Positions 58,032 to 64,000 of a DNA stretch of 64,000 nucleotides are shown here, piece after piece. Origin of the DNA: Acidimicrobiia bacterium (GTDB lineage: Bacteria; Actinomycetota; Acidimicrobiia; Spongiisociales; UBA5794); contig JAUIIM010000001.1 in the NCBI GenBank assembly GCA_030431785.1, positions 3,323-67,322 on the forward strand, read 5' to 3'. Every line of letters begins with the position of its first letter. Position 1 is the stretch's first letter. Under the pieces are notes generated by a model, which saw only the letters and a list, made by a program, of their open reading frames with translations, did not search any database and had not been told where the DNA came from. The position numbers and the translations under genes are program-made.

Positions 58032-61000
58032 GTGACATTCCGAGGCAGAGGACGGACCGCACTGCTCGTGGTGGCGCTGGTCGCCTCGCTGATCCCCTTC
58101 GCACCGGTGTTCGACGGTGCGGCAACAGCTGATGGGTCGCCCGACATCGGCGTCTCGGTCGCGGCGGACGCCGAAGTGCTCCACGGGTTGACCTCCAGTG
58201 TTGAGATCACAGCATCGAACAACAGCGGGACCGACGGGTACAACCTCTCGTACCGGGTCGTGCTGCCGGTCGGTGTCTCGTACTCGTCCGGACCCATTCC
58301 ACCGACGGTACTCAACGATGTCCCGACACTCGGTGAGACGACGCTGTTCTTCTCGAACTACTCGGACTTGCCTGACGGTGGCAACCAGCCCATCACGATC
58401 GTGGTCGCCCACGACCCCGCCGTGTACACACCGGGCGACACCTTCACCGTGTCCGCCGATGCCTACGTCAATGACGACGAACGCATCGTGCCGAAGATCG
58501 ACAACAGTGGTGTCGTGACCGATGGTCCCGGATTCGCATCCGGATCAGACAGCACCGAGGTCATCCCGTTCCAGGTCACGAAGACGGAACCGAGTCCTGA
58601 GAACGAGCTGCTGCGCGGGCTCCACGATCAGCAGACGGTGTATTCGATCACGATCACCACAGCACCGGAAGGTGGGTCATCGGACTTTGCTGTCGAGGAC
58701 TGGATTCCTGCTGGGATCGAGTTCCTCGGATGCGGCGGTGTCGACAACTCGACGGTCGGTGAGGAGTACCCGGGTTCGGGACCGATCGGTGGTGCTGCGG
58801 TCCCCGATTGTCCCGCCCCCACGCTCGTCGAGACGATCAGCACGGGACTCCCGCCAGGGCTCCCGGCCGGGACCTACACCCACGTCGTGTGGGACAACGC
58901 CGCGCTGGCGTCTGTGGGAGCTGACTCGATCGGTGCGAACTCGTCCGTCACATTCAACTACGCGGCTGCCATCCCCATGTTCGAGAACACGACCACCTGG
59001 GCGGGTTCGGAGCCGGATCCGACGAGCGGGCTCCAGGCCTCCAACATCGACAACAACAACGGTCCCTCGACCGCTGAAGGGGCCGGGGAGATCGGCTACA
59101 CCAACTACGTCGACGTGTCGGGCACCTACTCCGTCGATGCACAGGGCTACAGCGACGATGCGAACCACACGGTCACCGCCGAGGATCTCGCCATCGTCAA
59201 GACGGTGAACCCGACGCTTTCAGTCATCGGGACCGTCAGCACATGGACGCTCACAGTCCGAACATCGGAGTACGCCGCAGGATTGACCGGGGTAGCGGTG
59301 GAAGACACGGTGCCCAACGAGTTGTGTGCGGGTGCCACCCCGTGTGCTTCATCAGCAGGAGCCGCGACCCCGCCGTACACATCCTTCACGGAGAACGGCG
59401 ATGGGACCACGACGCTGCAATGGACGCTCGGTGATCTCGGAGACAACGCAACATCCACGATCACCTACTACACCGAGCAGCGAACGTTCGGTGGCGGGTC
59501 CGCAGTGTCTGCTGGTGACGGCTGGACGAACGACGTCACGGTCACGGGCACGAACGATGGGGTCGCTGTGGCGGACGATTCGAGCGCTTCGCAGCGCACG
59601 GTGCTTCCCGAGATGACGAAGGAGATCGCCGTCCCAGGCGCGATTCCGATGGTGTGCGGCGACGGGAGCGCTCTCTCGTGGGAGGACGGCTCGTCGGGTC
59701 TCTACCAGCCGGGCGACCGTGTCTGTTTCCGTCTCGCCATCGACATCCCCCAGATCACCGCCCGCGGGCAGCGACTCGTCGACTTCCTCCCTCCGGGATT
59801 CACCTATGAGTCCTGGGCTTTCGGTCAGAACAACACGGTGACCGAGGCGAACGTCGGATTCGACGGGTCCGGCGCAGGCGATGGAGTGCTGATCTGGTTC
59901 TCGACCCTCCCGGACTCTGACTTCCCGCCCGGGGACCACCTGGAGATCGTCGTTTCGACGTTCGCTGGTCCTCCTGCGGTAGGGGAACCAGGAGACCTGT
60001 TGGAGAACCTGGCGAAGTACCAGGGTGTGAGCACGGATGGTGAGGTCTACTTCAGCCGTGACGATGCAGATGTCGAGTGGGGCGAGCCAAGTATTGAGAC
60101 GGTGGACAAGTCGGCGTCGGCGACAACCGTCGTCTCGGGCGATGTGGTCGACTTCCAGATCGACGTCACGAACGACGGCAACGCTGAGGCACTGAACTCG
60201 GTTATCTGGGATGTACTGCCGGTCGGTCTCGAGTGCGGCACGGTGTCGAGCATCTCTGATTCGGGTGTCTGCCAGACCGGCCCGACACCGGATCGGATCG
60301 AATGGACGATCCCGTCGATCGGACCGGGCGCGACTGAGACGCTGACGTATCAGGTCACGATCCCATTGGGGGTCACCGCGGGTGAGTCGTGGACCAACGA
60401 AGTCGGTGTCCGCTCGTATCAGGGGCAGATCAACACCGGAATCACCGATTTCACGGACTACTTCCCCGCGAACAACATTGACGACGGCATCGATCCGGCC
60501 GACGAGAATGCCCCTGAGGCCCTGGACGACTGGACCTTGGTAACCCCGGATGTGGTCATCGACAAGTCGGGGACGACCTCACTTGTGGACCCCGGCAACA
60601 ACTTGAACGGTCAGGCGACCATCGGAGAGCAAGTCTTCTTCGAGGTCGAGGTCGACTTCCCCGGCGATGTCACGCTGTACAACCCATCCTTGACCGATGT
60701 GATCGAACCCGGGTACGTGTACCAAGGCGATGCGCTGTTCTGCGTCGGACCTTCGGGTCTACCCGACTGTACGCCAGCGCTACCGGTCTCGTGGGATGGG
60801 ACGCAACTCGAGGCCATCGGCCCAGCAGTCTTCCCTGTCCCGACAGGTGGTGAAACGCTCCGGATGACGTTCTCGGTGATCGTCGATGATGTGCCGGGGA
60901 ACACGCGTGGTACAAGGATCGACAACGATGCGACGGTGACCTGGGAGGACGTGTCCGGGAGTGAGTCGAGCTTGACGTCGAGTCACAACATCCGCGTCAC

Positions 61001-64000
61001 CGAGCCCAACCTGGTCGTCGACAAGACCAGCGATGACGCCGACGGGATAGTCGATGCCGGACAGACCGTCACCTGGACCATCGATGTCCTCAACGACGGA
61101 ACACCTACTTTCGTGTCGAGCGCCTACGACCTCGAGATCTGGGATCGGCTTCCCGCCAATCTCGCATGTGGGGATGTTTCGAACATCTCTGACGGCGGCC
61201 AATGCCAGACCGTCGACGGTGAGGACTACGTCATCTGGACTCCGTCCGAGTTCGCAGCTCTGGGTGAGGTGACGCGGAACAACTCAGTATCGGTGTCGTT
61301 CGACGTCACGATCCCCAGTCCGGTCGTCGCCGGAACTCCGTTCACGAACACCGTAAATGCGTACACGAGCAGCCTCGGTGGTACGGACCCCAACGAGCGG
61401 AGCGCCCCTTCGACTACGGCTGGCGAGGTCAACGACTCCGGCCCGGTTGGCTACTTCGCAACGGATGACGACACCCTCATCTCACCCGGTATCGACATCG
61501 CAAAGACCGTCACCCCCACCGACCAGACGGTCGGCGAGGGCGTCGAGTACACGCTTGAAGTGACGATTCCGGCCGGAGTCGTGGGATACGACCTCACGGT
61601 GATCGACGCCGTCCCGGCCGGTGTTGTCGTCACCTCTCCCGGGTACACCACGAGCAGCTCCTGTGACATGGGTGGCGCCTGTGTACCGTCGGTCGTCGTC
61701 ACCGAACTCCTCCCGAACGGATCGGACATCGGGTGGTTCCTCGGTGATCAGCCGCTTCCGGCTGTCGCCGATCGAGTCATCACCATCGTCTATGAAGCTT
61801 CAATCGATGATGTCGCAGGGAACACCGACGGGACCACCCTCACGAACACGGCGACGATCTACACGAATCAGTCCGACCAGATGGTCTCGCCACCTGGGAA
61901 TCAGGTGCCGGACGCACCGAACTACGACCTGTCGGGACCCAGCGACGACGCCACGGTGACCGTCTTGGAGCCAGACGTGTCGATCGTCAAGGAAGTATGG
62001 AACGGGTCTACCTGGGTCGATGCACGCCGTGCCGTCCCGAACGAGAGCCTGGACTACCGCCTCGTCCTCACGAATGATGGGACCTGGCCAGCCTATGGCC
62101 TCGTCGTGACCGACACGATCTCCGTCTTCTCCGGCGATGCAATGGTGCTCGGCACCGTGGCTGACGGCGCCGGCTACACCGTCTCGGACGACGATCCGAG
62201 TGACGGATCTCTGGCTTGGCTTGTCGACGGCCCGCTGGCCGGGGCAGGCGCCTCGCTCACGATCACCTACACCCTCGATGTGTGGGACGCCGATTCGGGG
62301 GATGAGGATCCAACAGGACCTGAGATCACGAACACTGCAGCCTTGACGGAGTATTGGGCGGTACCGACACCCGACCCGACGATCCACCGTGAGTACTCGG
62401 ACGGATCCGATTCAGTGGACATCGAGCTCGATCTCGCCTCGCTCGGGGACTACGTGTGGTTCGACGTGGACAACGACGGAGTGCAGGACGCAGGCGAGCC
62501 ACCGCTGGAGAACGTGGAGATCACCGTCACCTACCTCGGTGCCGATGGAGTCGCGGGCGGAGGAGACGACGAGGTCACCGTCGTGACCACTGACGTCGAC
62601 GGTCTGTACCTTGTCGAAGACCTTCCGGGAGGCAACTACACCGTGGCGGTGACCGACGGTGTCCCCTCCGGCATGGCTCCGTCGTTCGACTGGGATGACG
62701 GGACCACGAGCCCGGACGGCATATGGGTCGGTGCACTCGGTGAGGCAGAGGACACGCGAGACATCGACTTCGGCTACACGGGGACGGGCTCGGTCGGCGA
62801 CCACATCTGGTTCAACCGCAACGGCGATGGTGTCGTCGATGTCGACGAGCCGGGAATCCCGAACATCACCGGAACCGTCACCTGGCTCGGGTTCGAGAAC
62901 TCGGTCGGCGGTGGTGACGACATTGTGTATCCGTTCACGACTGATGCGAATGGCGACTACCTCGTCGACCTGCTCCCCGGAGGCGAATACGTCGTGACGG
63001 TCACGGGCGGGATTCCGGCGGGAATGGCGAACAACTTCGATGCCGACGGCGGCGACGACGACACATCCTCGCTCACGCTCGGTGCCGGCGAGGACAACCT
63101 CGATCAGGACTTCGGCTACGCAGGGGACTCGTCGATCGGTGATCTCGTATGGCACGATGACAACCGGAATGGCGTCCTGGACGGCGCAGAGGTCGGACTC
63201 GCAAACGTCGAGGTCGACCTTCTGTGGCCGGGATTCGACGGCATCTTGGGCACTCCGGACGACGACACCTTCACGGTGACCACCGACGGGAACGGGGCCT
63301 ACCTGTTCGAGGGCCTGAACCCCGGCGACTACACGGTGACCGTGAACGTCGGAACGGTGCCTGCCGGTTTTGTGAACACCTTCGACGAGGATGGGAACCT
63401 CGATGACACCGTGGATGTCACCCTTCCTGCCGCCACCGATCACCTGACCGCAGACTTCGGATATGACGGCGACGGCTCGATCGGTGACACGGTCTACTGG
63501 GACCTCAATGGTGACGGGACCCAGCAACCCGGCGAGCCCGGGATCCCGGGTGTCAACGTGTTCGTCCGCTACGCAGGCTCGGACGGGATCCTGAACACCA
63601 CCGATGACGTCGTCTACGTCCATATCACCGATGGCGATGGGGAATATCTTGCGCTTGACCTCGCTCCCGGCCTGTACTCGGTGATGGTCAGCGGGCCGGT
63701 CACGTCCTCGGGCATCAACACTGGCGATCCTGACGGGGGTGGTGACAGCATGTCGACGCTCACCCTTGCACCATCGACTTCCGATCTCGACCAGGACTTC
63801 GGCTACAGCGGCGATGCCACGATCGGTGACTTCGTCTGGTACGACATCAACGGTGACGGTGTACAAGACGCTGGGGAGCCGGGCCTGGATGGCGTCGATG
63901 TCGAACTCACATACTTCGGGCCGGACGGTCGAGAGGGCACGGCTGACGACCTTGTGTTCACCACCACGACGGCAGGTGGTGGTCTGTACGAATTCGACAT
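58032..64000 (+). CDS. giant secreted surface/adhesin-like protein, 3'-truncated by the window end: signal peptide, DUF11-type conserved repeat domains, then at least six SdrD-B/Cna-B-like repeats
   Basis: Continuous frame without stop from GTG 58032 (GGTGGAG RBS) to the window end, about 1990 codons. Signal peptide RGRGRTALLVVALVASLIPFAPVF. Repeats of GDxVWxDxNGDGxQDxGEPG...TTDxxGxYxFxxLxPGxYTVxV...DFGY. The ORF track omits it because it has no stop; the antisense ORF 62412..63866 is rejected. Confidence 0.8.
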   Translation, partial: MTFRGRGRTALLVVALVASLIPFAPVFDGAATADGSPDIGVSVAADAEVLHGLTSSVEITASNNSGTDGYNLSYRVVLPVGVSYSSGPIPPTVLNDVPTLGETTLFFSNYSDLPDGGNQPITIVVAHDPAVYTPGDTFTVSADAYVNDDERIVPKIDNSGVVTDGPGFASGSDSTEVIPFQVTKTEPSPENELLRGLHDQQTVYSITITTAPEGGSSDFAVEDWIPAGIEFLGCGGVDNSTVGEEYPGSGPIGGAAVPDCPAPTLVETISTGLPPGLPAGTYTHVVWDNAALASVGADSIGANSSVTFNYAAAIPMFENTTTWAGSEPDPTSGLQASNIDNNNGPSTAEGAGEIGYTNYVDVSGTYSVDAQGYSDDANHTVTAEDLAIVKTVNPTLSVIGTVSTWTLTVRTSEYAAGLTGVAVEDTVPNELCAGATPCASSAGAATPPYTSFTENGDGTTTLQWTLGDLGDNATSTITYYTEQRTFGGGSAVSAGDGWTNDVTVTGTNDGVAVADDSSASQRTVLPEMTKEIAVPGAIPMVCGDGSALSWEDGSSGLYQPGDRVCFRLAIDIPQITARGQRLVDFLPPGFTYESWAFGQNNTVTEANVGFDGSGAGDGVLIWFSTLPDSDFPPGDHLEIVVSTFAGPPAVGEPGDLLENLAKYQGVSTDGEVYFSRDDADVEWGEPSIETVDKSASATTVVSGDVVDFQIDVTNDGNAEALNSVIWDVLPVGLECGTVSSISDSGVCQTGPTPDRIEWTIPSIGPGATETLTYQVTIPLGVTAGESWTNEVGVRSYQGQINTGITDFTDYFPANNIDDGIDPADENAPEALDDWTLVTPDVVIDKSGTTSLVDPGNNLNGQATIGEQVFFEVEVDFPGDVTLYNPSLTDVIEPGYVYQGDALFCVGPSGLPDCTPALPVSWDGTQLEAIGPAVFPVPTGGETLRMTFSVIVDDVPGNTRGTRIDNDATVTWEDVSGSESSLTSSHNIRVTEPNLVVDKTSDDADGIVDAGQTVTWTIDVLNDGTPTFVSSAYDLEIWDRLPANLACGDVSNISDGGQCQTVDGEDYVIWTPSEFAALGEVTRNNSVSVSFDVTIPSPVVAGTPFTNTVNAYTSSLGGTDPNERSAPSTTAGEVNDSGPVGYFATDDDTLISPGIDIAKTVTPTDQTVGEGVEYTLEVTIPAGVVGYDLTVIDAVPAGVVVTSPGYTTSSSCDMGGACVPSVVVTELLPNGSDIGWFLGDQPLPAVADRVITIVYEASIDDVAGNTDGTTLTNTATIYTNQSDQMVSPPGNQVPDAPNYDLSGPSDDATVTVLEPDVSIVKEVWNGSTWVDARRAVPNESLDYRLVLTNDGTWPAYGLVVTDTISVFSGDAMVLGTVADGAGYTVSDDDPSDGSLAWLVDGPLAGAGASLTITYTLDVWDADSGDEDPTGPEITNTAALTEYWAVPTPDPTIHREYSDGSDSVDIELDLASLGDYVWFDVDNDGVQDAGEPPLENVEITVTYLGADGVAGGGDDEVTVVTTDVDGLYLVEDLPGGNYTVAVTDGVPSGMAPSFDWDDGTTSPDGIWVGALGEAEDTRDIDFGYTGTGSVGDHIWFNRNGDGVVDVDEPGIPNITGTVTWLGFENSVGGGDDIVYPFTTDANGDYLVDLLPGGEYVVTVTGGIPAGMANNFDADGGDDDTSSLTLGAGEDNLDQDFGYAGDSSIGDLVWHDDNRNGVLDGAEVGLANVEVDLLWPGFDGILGTPDDDTFTVTTDGNGAYLFEGLNPGDYTVTVNVGTVPAGFVNTFDEDGNLDDTVDVTLPAATDHLTADFGYDGDGSIGDTVYWDLNGDGTQQPGEPGIPGVNVFVRYAGSDGILNTTDDVVYVHITDGDGEYLALDLAPGLYSVMVSGPVTSSGINTGDPDGGGDSMSTLTLAPSTSDLDQDFGYSGDATIGDFVWYDINGDGVQDAGEPGLDGVDVELTYFGPDGREGTADDLVFTTTTAGGGLYEFD

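Noticed and set aside
62412-63866. 484-aa minus ORF inside the giant repeat gene
   Set aside because: Antisense to a continuous plus-strand reading frame with recognisable SdrD-B repeats; composition is typical of shadow ORFs.

Overview
This window is a high-GC (roughly two-thirds G+C by eye) chromosomal segment with Actinobacteria-type gene order around the replication origin. On the minus strand it carries DUF3566-gyrA-gyrB-DUF721-recF-dnaN-[oriC]-dnaA, and on the plus strand rpmH-rnpA-yidD-yidC-jag-[two parS]-rsmG-parA-parB. This is followed by the conserved cwlM-trxA-trxB-antisigma-sigM-pseudokinase block, then GNAT/HDAC, pilT, rnhA-cca, argC-argB-argR-argG-argH, cupin/yciI, hlyIII, uppS, ppc, an SLH+LRR surface protein, pyrE, nfo, an ABC-F ATPase and the 5' ~6 kb of a giant DUF11/SdrD-B-repeat surface protein that runs off the window (absent from the ORF track because it has no stop). 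The left part carries acs, an S10 peptidase, an FAD oxidoreductase/AI-2E transporter pair, an F420-type nitroreductase, a VIT transporter and a cobalamin-riboswitch-controlled btuF-btuC-btuD-cobO operon. No mobile elements, CRISPR, rRNA or tRNA were recognised. The most notable points are: (i) a 5'-partial AhpD/CMD-family gene whose in-frame TGA sits exactly at the second Cys of the CxxCxxxH redox motif, which makes it a candidate selenoprotein; (ii) an unusual density of short (7-8 bp period) tandem repeat arrays from a few shared families (TGTCGGAT, GAAGGGAC, ATGATCS, GCCAGGA, GCTGCTG) confined to intergenic or promoter regions; (iii) a ~50-nt palindromic REP-like element present twice in inverted orientation; (iv) an oriC with DnaA boxes plus a TAG-TAG-TGG-TAG-TAG DnaA-trio and two consensus parS sites; (v) a stand-alone MviN-type pseudokinase, an SLH+plant-type-LRR protein and a Trx-NHL fusion. 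All calls rest on reading the sequence and translations by eye; no database searches were run.
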